Source: a virus
Lineage: Duplodnaviria > Caudoviricetes
Virus record (IMG/VR): IMGVR_UViG_3300020044_004078
Coordinates: 1-28,392 of that record
Strand: one strand, 5' to 3'
DNA length: 28,392 nt
Within the stretch, counting starts at the first letter, position 1. Every line of letters starts with the position of its first letter. Below are positions 1 through 8,700 of the stretch, piece by piece. Below the pieces are notes generated by a model. That model worked only from the letters and a program-made list of their open reading frames with translations. It searched no databases and was not told where the DNA came from. A program made the position numbers and the translations under genes.

Positions 1-2440
1 ATGCAGAACCCGCAGCATCAGCCGCACCCCCAACACCACGATAATCCCGACTACCTGCAGTACCTGTTGTACAAGCTACTCCTCTGATACCTTCTTGTCC
101 TGTTGCACCAGTAGGACCTGTGACACCTTGAATACCTTGATCACCTGTAGGACCTGTAACACCTTGAATACCTTGAGCACCAGTAGGGCCTGTTACACCT
201 TGGATACCTTGTATGCCTTGAGCACCTGTTGGGCCTGTAACACCTTGAATACCCTGTACACCTTGAATACCCTGTACACCTTGTGAACCAGTAGGACCAA
301 TGTCTCCTTGAGCACCTGTAGGACCTGTAACGCCTTGAATACCTTGAGCACCAGTAGGGCCTGTAACACCTTGGATACCTTGGTCACCAGTAGGACCTGT
401 AACGCCTTGGATACCTTGAGCACCTGTAGGACCTGTAACGCCTTGGATACCTTGAATACCTTGGATACCATCAACGCCTTGCATACCTGTAGGACCAATA
501 ACTCCAGTAGGGCCTGTGGCACCTGTTGGTCCTGTAATACCTTGAATACCTTGAGCGCCTGTTGGTCCTGTGGGGCCTACATCGCCTTGATATCCCTGTA
601 CACCCTGAATACCTTGGATACCTTGGATACCTTGTGAACCTGTAGGTCCAACAATACCTTGAATACCTTGAGCACCTGTAGGTCCTGTAGCACCTGTTGG
701 GCCTGTGACACCTTGGATACCTTGAATACCTTGAATACCTTGTGGTCCTGTAGGACCTGTAACGCCTTGGATACCTTGATCACCAGTAGGCCCTGTAGCC
801 CCTGTAGGACCGGTAACGCCTTGAATACCTTGAATACCTTGAATGCCTTGTGGTCCTGTTGGGCCTGTAACACCTTGAATACCCTGAATACCTTGAATAC
901 CTTGGGGTCCTTGAATACCGCTAGCACCGCTTAAATCAGTGGTGTAAGTGTAAACAGAACCGTTCCACAAGTACAGTTTAGAATCATCTGGATTCTCTAC
1001 GTTGCCTGTGTCAATAATTGCAAATTGACCAGGAACAATACCTGTGGGAGCAGTGTCGGCTGTTAAAGCTGCAACACTTGCATAAATTTTAGCAATTGCA
1101 AAACCTAAACCTGTAGAACCTGTTGGTCCTCTAGAACCTGTTGGTCCTTGAAGACCTTGAACGCCTTGGTCACCTTGTGAACCTGTTGGACCTGTAACGC
1201 CTTGAATACCTGTAGGTCCTATAGCACCTGTTGGTCCTGTAGCACCGTCACGGCCAATAGCACCAGGAGCTGCTGCAAAAGACATTAACCAACTATTACT
1301 TGTAGCTGAACTAGGGCTGCCTTCAATACTAATGATTTCACTAATAATGAATGCATAGCCAAATCCGCCAGCTACAACAATACTTAATTTACCAAAATAA
1401 ATTAAATTAGAATTTTGATCTGCTAAAGTTACATACTGTCCAGTTGCCCATGGAGCATAGCTGGCATAGTAATTTACAAAAGGACCTGAGTTACCATAAA
1501 CTCCTACAGTAAGTGCAGTAGAAATAGTTGTAGTAGAAGGCTTAGCTTCTAAACCAGCACCTTGTGCACCTGTTGGTCCTGTTGGACCATCTAGTCCCAT
1601 AACGCCTGTAGGACCTACGGGACCTACTTCGCCCTGAATCCCTTGTGGACCTGTTGGTCCAATTTCACCTTGTGGACCTTGTGGACCTTGTGCAGTCCCT
1701 GCTGGACCTTCTACACCTGATGGTCCTGTTGGACCTGTAGGTCCGGTTGCTCCTATAACATTACCATCAACAATTAGTTGACCACCACTTGAAGAAATTG
1801 GGGTATCACCCAAAAAGATGGTGTTTGCGCCAACATACACGTGATGCCAACGCTTACCAGGAGAACCTAAATTATATACATCGTCTGCTGATGGAATAAC
1901 GTCACCAGTAATGGCGGTAATATCCCAGGCAGGACCTGGTGGGCCTTGTAAGCCTGTACCAACTAAATGGCCTGTCAGCTCTTTAAAGACAATGCGAAGA
2001 TTATTGGGAGGAGCACTTGTAAAAGTTAAAGTGCTGCCTGAAATTGCGTATTCATCAGGGGATTGTGCAATACCGCCAACAAATACTAATATGCTATCAA
2101 CATCTAATCCTGTACCAACTTGGAAAGTTCTAGTAGCTCCGTCACCAGTATAGTACCTTGTGTTAGCATTAAAAGGAGTTGGGCTACCATTACTGTTAAC
2201 CCACTCAAACCCATTATATTGTAAAACCTGCCCATTAACAGGGCTGACTACAGTTACATCTGTTAACTCATTAAGAGTAGCCAGATTTTTGAAAAACTTT
2301 ACGGAATTGTCAGAGGCTTTGAAATAGATCTTTGCGTCTGCGTAATTAATGGCTAACTCGCCATATTCGAGATCACCTGTAACAGGAACTTTACCTACTA
2401 CTGATGATTTCTTAAGAATAATCTTATTCGATGTTGCCAT
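1..2440 (-). CDS. Collagen-like tail fibre/appendage protein, 3' end truncated by the window (>=813 aa)
   Basis: Not in the ORF track because no stop lies in the window. Manual translation from ATG at 2440 gives [41 protein letters not shown], and the frame stays open to base 1. It contains fibre motifs ([28 protein letters not shown]; [10 protein letters not shown]...[12 protein letters not shown]; [24 protein letters not shown]) and three Gly-X-Y blocks separated by globular spacers. Confidence 0.9.
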   Translation of the reverse strand, partial: MATSNKIILKKSSVVGKVPVTGDLEYGELAINYADAKIYFKASDNSVKFFKNLATLNELTDVTVVSPVNGQVLQYNGFEWVNSNGSPTPFNANTRYYTGDGATRTFQVGTGLDVDSILVFVGGIAQSPDEYAISGSTLTFTSAPPNNLRIVFKELTGHLVGTGLQGPPGPAWDITAITGDVIPSADDVYNLGSPGKRWHHVYVGANTIFLGDTPISSSGGQLIVDGNVIGATGPTGPTGPSGVEGPAGTAQGPQGPQGEIGPTGPQGIQGEVGPVGPTGVMGLDGPTGPTGAQGAGLEAKPSTTTISTALTVGVYGNSGPFVNYYASYAPWATGQYVTLADQNSNLIYFGKLSIVVAGGFGYAFIISEIISIEGSPSSATSNSWLMSFAAAPGAIGRDGATGPTGAIGPTGIQGVTGPTGSQGDQGVQGLQGPTGSRGPTGSTGLGFAIAKIYASVAALTADTAPTGIVPGQFAIIDTGNVENPDDSKLYLWNGSVYTYTTDLSGASGIQGPQGIQGIQGIQGVTGPTGPQGIQGIQGIQGVTGPTGATGPTGDQGIQGVTGPTGPQGIQGIQGIQGVTGPTGATGPTGAQGIQGIVGPTGSQGIQGIQGIQGVQGYQGDVGPTGPTGAQGIQGITGPTGATGPTGVIGPTGMQGVDGIQGIQGIQGVTGPTGAQGIQGVTGPTGDQGIQGVTGPTGAQGIQGVTGPTGAQGDIGPTGSQGVQGIQGVQGIQGVTGPTGAQGIQGIQGVTGPTGAQGIQGVTGPTGDQGIQGVTGPTGATGQEGIRGVACTTGTAGSRDYRGVGGAADAAGSA
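74..928 (-). repeat. Long collagen Gly-X-Y coding repeat (~95 triplets: GIQ, GPT, GVT, GAQ, GDQ)
   Basis: 9-bp periodic units such as accttgaat and acctgtagg on the + strand. Gly codons checked at 82, 118, 487 and 928 share the same 9-nt register. Shorter collagen blocks lie at ~1110-1268 and ~1555-1753. Confidence 0.92.
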
Positions 2441-2459
2441 AGTTAGCCCTAAAAAGGAT

Positions 2460-2483
2460 AGGGAAACTTATAGAAGTTTCCCT
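2460..2483 (-). terminator. Intergenic hairpin, possible weak or bidirectional terminator
   Basis: Perfect 10-bp stem agggaaactt-atag-aagtttccct in the 47-bp gap between the two fibre genes. It is followed by atccttttt on the minus strand and tttatta on the plus strand. Confidence 0.5.
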
Positions 2484-2487
2484 TTTA

Positions 2488-3873
2488 TTAATACGATCCG
2501 CCGTCGACTTGCTTTATTGAGATTGCTCCTAGAACAACGTCAAAGTTTAGGGTATCAAAACTTGCTAAACCTTTAACACTTGTAGTAGCAATTGGAATTG
2601 CCGTAGCACTTGCTGCTGTTAAACGCCCTTTGGCATCAACTGTAAAGCTTGGAACTGTTGTAGCGTTACCATAACTGCTAGCCGTAACTCCTGTACTTAC
2701 TAAAGTAAGGGTACCAGTAACATCTTCGTGACCGTCTACGTTTGCTAAACTTCCGTTAGCATCGCCACTTGTAAACTGGAGAGTACGAGCAGTTGCCCAT
2801 TTTGAGGCTGTAGCGGCATTGCCTTCTAAAGCAGCATAAACAGTAGAAACTGTTAGCGGTTTGTTCATGTTCCAGCGATTGTCTAACGCTGAATATGTAA
2901 TGGTTGCTGGGATTGTGGGTCCTACGATTGTAATACCTGCTCCGTCAGAGCCAATAGCTGTAGTAGAATCTTTAGCTAATTCAATGTTTTTGTCACCAAT
3001 AGCAACTGTAGTAGAATTAACTGTGGTAGTTGTACCTTGTACTGTTAAATTTCCAACAACAATTACGTTACCGCCTACATTTAAATCTTTATCAAAATCA
3101 ACATTGCCAGCAACTTCTAAAGTTGTTCCTGTTGTTTTTGTTATTGCAATTGACTGAACTTCCAAAGTACCTAGGGTAAGAGCTTCAAGAGCACCTGCTC
3201 CATCTAAATTAATTGTAACCGTTGTATTAGTTCCGCTACCAGTAACTGTAGTTTTAACTCCAGTTCCGCCCACAATGTTTAGTGTATCATTAAGTAAACC
3301 TACATCATCTGTACCTGTTGTACCTGCAACTCGCAATGTTGTTGCAATATTTGCGGTAGACATTGAGGTTATTAAACCTTTGGCATTAACCGTAACAACA
3401 GGTATCGCTGTAGCTGAACCATACTGATTTGCCACTACACCACTGTTAGCCAATGTAATTGCTGCTGAAACTGGGGCTGAACCATCTACAGTCGCAAACT
3501 GTGCTGTAGCATCACCAGTTAAACTAATACTAATTGGAGCAAACCACTTGCTAGCAGTATCTGCATTACCTTGAATGTTACCAGTAATATTACCAATAAC
3601 ATCTAAATACGCTTGACCCAAGCTATTTCGTTTAACTAAGGTATCTGCGGTTTTAATTGATGCTGCTGCATCTATTGTATCGGTAAAGTATTTACCACCG
3701 ATTACAACGTGATTTACAGCATTACCAGCACTTTCAGTACCTGTACCAATGTAAAGGCGATCACCGCCATTTGACCCATTATTTGGTAAAGCTGAGTAAG
3801 CTAATTCACCTGCACCGAGTGTGGCTGGGTTACCACTTAACTCACTGCGTTTAATTCTTAAAATAGAAGCCAT
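2488..3873 (-). CDS. Tail fibre/appendage structural protein with Mtd_N/hyaluronidase-N-like N-terminal domain (461 aa)
   Basis: N-terminus MASILRIKRS...LGAGELAYS...RLYIG. Two copies of an internal unit (GNADTASKW...SGV...YGSATAIPVVTVNAKGLIT and GNAATASKW...TGV...YGNATTVPSFTVDAKGRLT). Fibre motif GNLTVQGTTTTVNSTT; ends in DGGSY. RBS AAAGGAA upstream. Confidence 0.75.
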   Translation of the reverse strand: MASILRIKRSELSGNPATLGAGELAYSALPNNGSNGGDRLYIGTGTESAGNAVNHVVIGGKYFTDTIDAAASIKTADTLVKRNSLGQAYLDVIGNITGNIQGNADTASKWFAPISISLTGDATAQFATVDGSAPVSAAITLANSGVVANQYGSATAIPVVTVNAKGLITSMSTANIATTLRVAGTTGTDDVGLLNDTLNIVGGTGVKTTVTGSGTNTTVTINLDGAGALEALTLGTLEVQSIAITKTTGTTLEVAGNVDFDKDLNVGGNVIVVGNLTVQGTTTTVNSTTVAIGDKNIELAKDSTTAIGSDGAGITIVGPTIPATITYSALDNRWNMNKPLTVSTVYAALEGNAATASKWATARTLQFTSGDANGSLANVDGHEDVTGTLTLVSTGVTASSYGNATTVPSFTVDAKGRLTAASATAIPIATTSVKGLASFDTLNFDVVLGAISIKQVDGGSY

Positions 3874-3884
3874 ATTTGTTTCCT

Positions 3885-4148
3885 TTAAAACTGACCGGAC
3901 TCAAAAGTTTGCTGATCCAGCAAAGTCGTTGCGTGCCATTTTTCTGTTCCGGCATTATAAACTAATAAGCTTCCTGCCGATAATTGGGTTAAGTCTAAAT
4001 CTGACAACCCTTTTAACGTTGTCATAGTGGGACCAATCATCCCGCCTACAACTACTTTTGTTTGTGATTGTGAAGAAACAACAACAGGTTCCTTCTTTTC
4101 AATTATAACTGCATTATTAACTTCTGTTACAATAATTTCAGTTGTCAT
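3885..4148 (-). CDS. Small virion fibre-associated/adaptor protein (87 aa)
   Basis: ATGA overlap with the upstream gene. Carries the fibre motif TLKGLSDLDLTQLSAGSLLVYNAGTEKW and ends in FESGQF. Confidence 0.65.
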   Translation of the reverse strand: MTTEIIVTEVNNAVIIEKKEPVVVSSQSQTKVVVGGMIGPTMTTLKGLSDLDLTQLSAGSLLVYNAGTEKWHATTLLDQQTFESGQF

Positions 4149-4741
4149 CTTGTAACCTCTTTCACTAAACTAATACTACCATTTAGGAATTGATATACTA
4201 AACTTTGATTATCTGTTAATTCCATTGAATAAACTGCGCTATCAAACTCAAATGTTCGTGTTAAGCTAGCAGGCAAATTCATTGAAATTGTATAATTTAT
4301 TGGATCAATAATAATACGACCATTACTAGTAGTTAACTCAGCAATAACTGTTGTTGACTCTAAGGTTTCACGTATTTGCATTTGTGCAGTATACCCTGTT
4401 AGTGGAACTGGAGTATTCCAAGATAGTATACCGCCGCTGGTATATGCTGCATAAGCAGCAGAATTTACCTGGTTTAAGGTTACAGTATTAGTAGATTTAC
4501 CAGTTACTAAATAATATGCATCATCACTAATAGTGTTAATGTCTTTCATACCATTGACTCCAGTTACTCGTACTCTCCAGTTTAGAGGGACTGTGTGCGT
4601 ACTAGTAGTAGTGATCACGCAAGGCGCTGCCTGTGTGATTCCTGAAATTGGCATATATGCTTTTGTCTCTGACTCCCAGCGAAGAGTTTCGGTGAAAGTA
4701 CTGCCTTGGTAAATTTTATAACTAAGTTTTGCTGGTTCCAT
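4145..4741 (-). CDS. Putative side-fibre collar/attachment protein (T5 p132/BppU-N-like) with an inserted beta domain (198 aa)
   Basis: IYQGSTFTETLRW at the N-terminus and PVPLTGYTAQMQIR...AVYSMELTD...FLNGSISLVKEVTR at the C-terminus match the collar/BppU-N-type pattern as I recall it. Position ahead of fibre genes fits. Confidence 0.6.
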   Translation of the reverse strand: MEPAKLSYKIYQGSTFTETLRWESETKAYMPISGITQAAPCVITTTSTHTVPLNWRVRVTGVNGMKDINTISDDAYYLVTGKSTNTVTLNQVNSAAYAAYTSGGILSWNTPVPLTGYTAQMQIRETLESTTVIAELTTSNGRIIIDPINYTISMNLPASLTRTFEFDSAVYSMELTDNQSLVYQFLNGSISLVKEVTR

Positions 4742-4745
4742 TATT

Positions 4746-5096
4746 TTACCTTACTTTCTTTGCTGCCGCAAGTGTAGCCGACACTCTAAATTTATTTACT
4801 TCTTCTGTTAGAGCTACAACTTCGGTTTGTAGTTGCTGATTCTCAAGGCACAATTGTGCTAGTTGCGCATTTAATAAAATCATTTCTTGTTGCAAGCGGT
4901 TTAATTCAGTTGCAAGTAAGCCATTTTGTTCACTCATACGTTCTAGTTCCGTGTGCATTAAAGTAATAATGCTAGTTTCCGCATGAGTACTTTTCCAGTC
5001 TTTTAGCAATTTCTGTATTCCAACTGAGAAAGCAACAACTGCTAACGCAACTAGTGAAACTGTCTGAATGAGGCTGTGGTTATCAATCTCCACCAT
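4746..5096 (-). CDS. Single-pass membrane protein with long coiled coil, possibly lysis-related (116 aa)
   Basis: Hydrophobic segment LIQTVSLVALAVVAFSVGI, then heptad-Leu repeats, then a basic C-terminus. Strong RBS TAAGGAGA. Function not established. Confidence 0.6.
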   Translation of the reverse strand: MVEIDNHSLIQTVSLVALAVVAFSVGIQKLLKDWKSTHAETSIITLMHTELERMSEQNGLLATELNRLQQEMILLNAQLAQLCLENQQLQTEVVALTEEVNKFRVSATLAAAKKVR

Positions 5097-5219
5097 AATC
5101 AGATCTCCTTATTAGCAGTGGTTTTATATTTAATTATAATCTAAACGGGAAGTCTGCCTTTTAGATCTAGGTAAAAGCTTGTCAAGAAAAAATATTGAAA
5201 CGTTCTGACATTTTGGTAT

Positions 5220-5248
5220 ATTATACCATAAGGGCGCAGACTTGTCAA
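5220..5248 (-). promoter_or_regulatory. Consensus sigma70 promoter for the membrane protein/fibre cluster
   Basis: Minus strand reads TTGACA-agtctgcgcccttatgg (17 nt)-TATAAT, with an extended -10 TG and a T-rich upstream tract. Confidence 0.9.
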
Positions 5249-5251
5249 TGC

Positions 5252-5286
5252 AAAAAAATACCCTGCCCATAACATGGACAGGGTAT
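5252..5286 (-). terminator. Rho-independent terminator after the fibre chaperone gene
   Basis: Minus strand ATACCCTGTCCAT-GTT-ATGGGCAGGGTAT (13-bp stem with one G-U pair) running into a T tract. Confidence 0.88.
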
Positions 5287-5316
5287 AATTTTAGCAGCTT
5301 AATACAGTTAATATAT

Positions 5317-5733
5317 TTAAGCTGGTGTAGTAGGCCATACTACAGTATAAGGGTAACCACTTTGACTTGTGATATCTCGTAGGGCTTGTCGGTAAGTTTG
5401 CCATTGATCGTATAGTGTTTCACCTAAACGATTTTTAGCAGACAGTGTATCAGTCCAATCTGAACCAAGTAAAAGTTGACTACGCTTAGACTTAACTTCT
5501 CTTATAGCTAATATTGGGTTTAAAACCCACTGTTTTGTTGAATAATCAAACTCTGCGTAAGCACTAGGCTTTGCGGGAATTTGTACTGGTTCTTGATTTG
5601 CTATGTAGTATAGTGTATCGTCATAAGAGTTATCTATATAACTTTCACCTTCTGCAAGTTGCAAACCAATATCGTCAGTATACACAGTTCTAGCAATTTG
5701 ACCAGTGGTTTGTTTGTAGATTGTGTAATTCAT
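5317..5733 (-). CDS. Tail fibre assembly chaperone (138 aa)
   Basis: C-terminal motif RSQLLLGSDWT...WQTYRQALRDITSQSGYPYTVVWPTTP is typical of phage tail fibre assembly chaperones. ATGA overlap with the fibre gene. Confidence 0.82.
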   Translation of the reverse strand: MNYTIYKQTTGQIARTVYTDDIGLQLAEGESYIDNSYDDTLYYIANQEPVQIPAKPSAYAEFDYSTKQWVLNPILAIREVKSKRSQLLLGSDWTDTLSAKNRLGETLYDQWQTYRQALRDITSQSGYPYTVVWPTTPA

Positions 5734-8700
5734 CGTTTTAGTTCCATTATAAACAGTGATCGGTTTGATAGTCTAGAATTATACTGCATACTGCCATAAA
5801 ATCCTGTAAGATCGTCTCTGAACTGTAACTGAACAGTATAAGTACCTGCAGCTGGTGTAACACTATAAGCCATAGTTGATGTTCTGCCTTCAATTAATGC
5901 GTTACCAGCTACTGCGATTCTAACTTGTGGAGCACTTCCATTGAATCCGCTTTCGTCGCCCCACGTACCTTGTGTTTCTGATCCACCTGACGTAATAAAA
6001 ACAGTACCACCTGTGGTAGTGAATGTAATACTTTGAGCAGTAGTCCAATTTACAGAATCCGTGGCAGATATTATACCTGCAGTATACGCAGCAGAAGTGT
6101 TAGTTACAGAGTTTGGATTTAGATTACCAGTTGCTACAACGTTGCCGTTTAGGGTCATTTGCGAACCATTAAACGTTATGTTTGTACTTGTATTACCAAA
6201 TGCAAATAAACCTGTATTGAATAATATACCTCCGCTAGTGCCAGCCGCCATAGTAGTACCACTAATTGCTGCTGTATTAGCTTTAATATAGTCACTTACA
6301 GTTAAGTTACCAGTATTAGTAGTAATAGCAGAAAGTGCACCAACCTTTAAACTAGCAATATAAGGTGGAGTCCAAGTAGTGCTTGTAGCACCGTTATAAA
6401 TACCATCAGATACGTAAAGCGAATTATTGCTGCTAGGGTCCGGATCTGCGGCGTACCAAGTTACACCAAATGCGGCTCCCCACTGTCCTGAAGCTGCTCC
6501 AGTTGAGGGTCTATTATCACCGGTAACTGTTACATTGCCTGTGCCAGCTACAGGATTGTTAGCAATTCTAGCATACATTGTTCTGGCAGATGCACCTGTA
6601 CTACCTGGGTCGCCTTTAGCACCTGGAGTACCTGGAGTACCTGCTACTCCTTGAATACCCTGAGAGCCAGTATCGCCTTTTGCTCCTGGTGCACCATTTG
6701 CACCTGCATAGCCAGAAATTACAATGCTTGCAGTACCCCAATTAATAGTTGTAGAAGTAGCAGTAGCGCTATCAGTAACTGTAGCTATTGCAGTATACAA
6801 GGAAAAACCTGCGCTAGGAGACGTTGTAGCATCTTTGGACCAACCTGCAGGAGCATTATAAGCTCCATTAGACCAAGTATAAGTACTTGTTCCAGATATA
6901 CCCGGTGTAGATAGTGCCCATACGTATACTTCAGGTTTTGCTGCTTGCGTACCAATTACGGTTTGACCATTCTGCCCGGCAACATAAGTACTATATCCAG
7001 TGCTCCAATCTACAGTAGTTGTAGTAGCTGTAGCTATGTCTGTTACTTGTTTAGTGGCTACCCATAATTTAATTCCTGAAGTACCTGGGTTAGTTGGTAC
7101 AGTAGTACTCCAACTATTGCCTCCAGTATACGCAGAATTAACTGCTGTTGCCCAAGTAAATGTAGAAGTTCCACTAGGAACACCTATTGTTGCAGCGGTG
7201 CTCCATTGATACATTTCTACTGTTGCGTACTTGTTTGGTGTTGTACCAGGAGTACCAGGAGTACCTGCTGGACCTGTAGGTCCTGTTTCTCCTGCTGCGC
7301 CAACAACATATGCTGTAGAAGTTGTCCAAGGTATGCCTGTTGTTGTAGCCGTTGTAAGAGTATCTGCATAAGATATCGAACAACCCCACAATTTAAATCC
7401 AGGGCTTGACGCACTTGGATTTAGCGACCATCCATTAGCGGTAGTAGGTGCAGTAAATTGACCGTTAGACCAAGTGTATGTTGAAGTACCTGACGGGAAT
7501 ACAGTAGGCGTATTTTGTGACCATATGTATACTTCTAGGTAGGCAGTTCTTGTTCCATTAACACCGTTGTCTCCTGCACCTCCTGTTGCAAATGCAGAAT
7601 TTGCAGTCCAGGTTACTGGACTAGTAAGACTTGAACCAGTGTCAGCATATACCGTTCTTGCTACCCATAAGGTCTGTCCAGCTACTGCTGTGGGTGGAGT
7701 TAAATACCAGTCATTTGTAGTAGCTGGAGCTGTAAATTGACCGTTAGACCAAGTATACGTAGACGAGCCAGAAGGAAACAATGACGTAGGCTTGTCTTTG
7801 GCCCATTTGTACATATCTAAAATAGCTGTACGTGTACCTGGAGTACCTGGAGTACCTGGAAGTCCTGGAGTACCTTGGTCACCTTTTGAGCCATTACTGA
7901 CTTTACTAATACTGAATCTTTTAGTAATACTGGTATATCCAGTTCTACTAGCTGTTATGTCTACATAACCTGTGGAACCAGTTATACTAGATATTGTTTG
8001 TATACTACTGTTACTAGCTTCTGTACACGTAACATTTGACTTTGTAGTAGAATAGTTCCAGTTTGTGCTATCATCAACAGAACCAATAAACACATACATA
8101 GTTGTAGTTGCACCAACAAACGATGTCACAGTTCCAGAACTATCAGCGTTTAATGTTACTGAATCATTACTTAAAAATGCCGTGACAGCACTGCTGCCAT
8201 CAACAACTACAGGTACTAGTTGTTCGTCAATTTTTGAGGTAACACCCCCTGCTAAGTATAACTCTATTTTAACACTAGTGGCATTAGCCGAAGGAGTATA
8301 AGTTTTTGTACTTTCATCTGCTACTGAAGTATACGAGGCTGTAGCACTACCGCTTTCGTATATTTTAAATCTTCCAGAATATACAGCGGGTACTGCAGTG
8401 CCTACACTTGAATACGCCGTAGCAGTTATACTGGTAGGATTAAATACATTAGCAGTATTCTTTTTAATTGCTGCAGCAGATACTGTTAGCCAATAAGCGG
8501 TAGCATTATCCCCAGGTTTACCATTTGTAGATTTATTTAGTGTAAATACTTTATCAATAGTGGTAGTGCCAATAGTGGCACGATAAGTAGCACTTGCTGA
8601 TGTAATTGATGTAGTGGGGGAAATAGCTGTTACACTGATAACACCTGTTGTAGATACAATAGTACTGGTCATGTTAGTTTCGGAAACTTTTGACCAAGTA

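Noticed and set aside
74-928. Repeat array as a possible CRISPR or non-coding satellite
   Set aside because: No constant repeat with unique spacers; variation follows codon structure with Gly every third residue.
95-934. Short ORFs on both strands (95..286, 193..522, 308..637, 577..927, 659..934)
   Set aside because: Shadow frames of the 9-bp collagen repeat; the real frame is the minus-strand Gly-X-Y frame from 2440.
2488-3873. Diversity-generating retroelement suggested by the Mtd_N-like domains
   Set aside because: No reverse transcriptase, no template/variable repeat pair differing at adenines and no C-type lectin C-terminus seen. It cannot be excluded outside the window.
5133-5185. Second promoter from TTGACA at 5180-5185 or TATAAT at 5133-5138
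   Set aside because: Neither hexamer has a good partner at 16-18 nt spacing.
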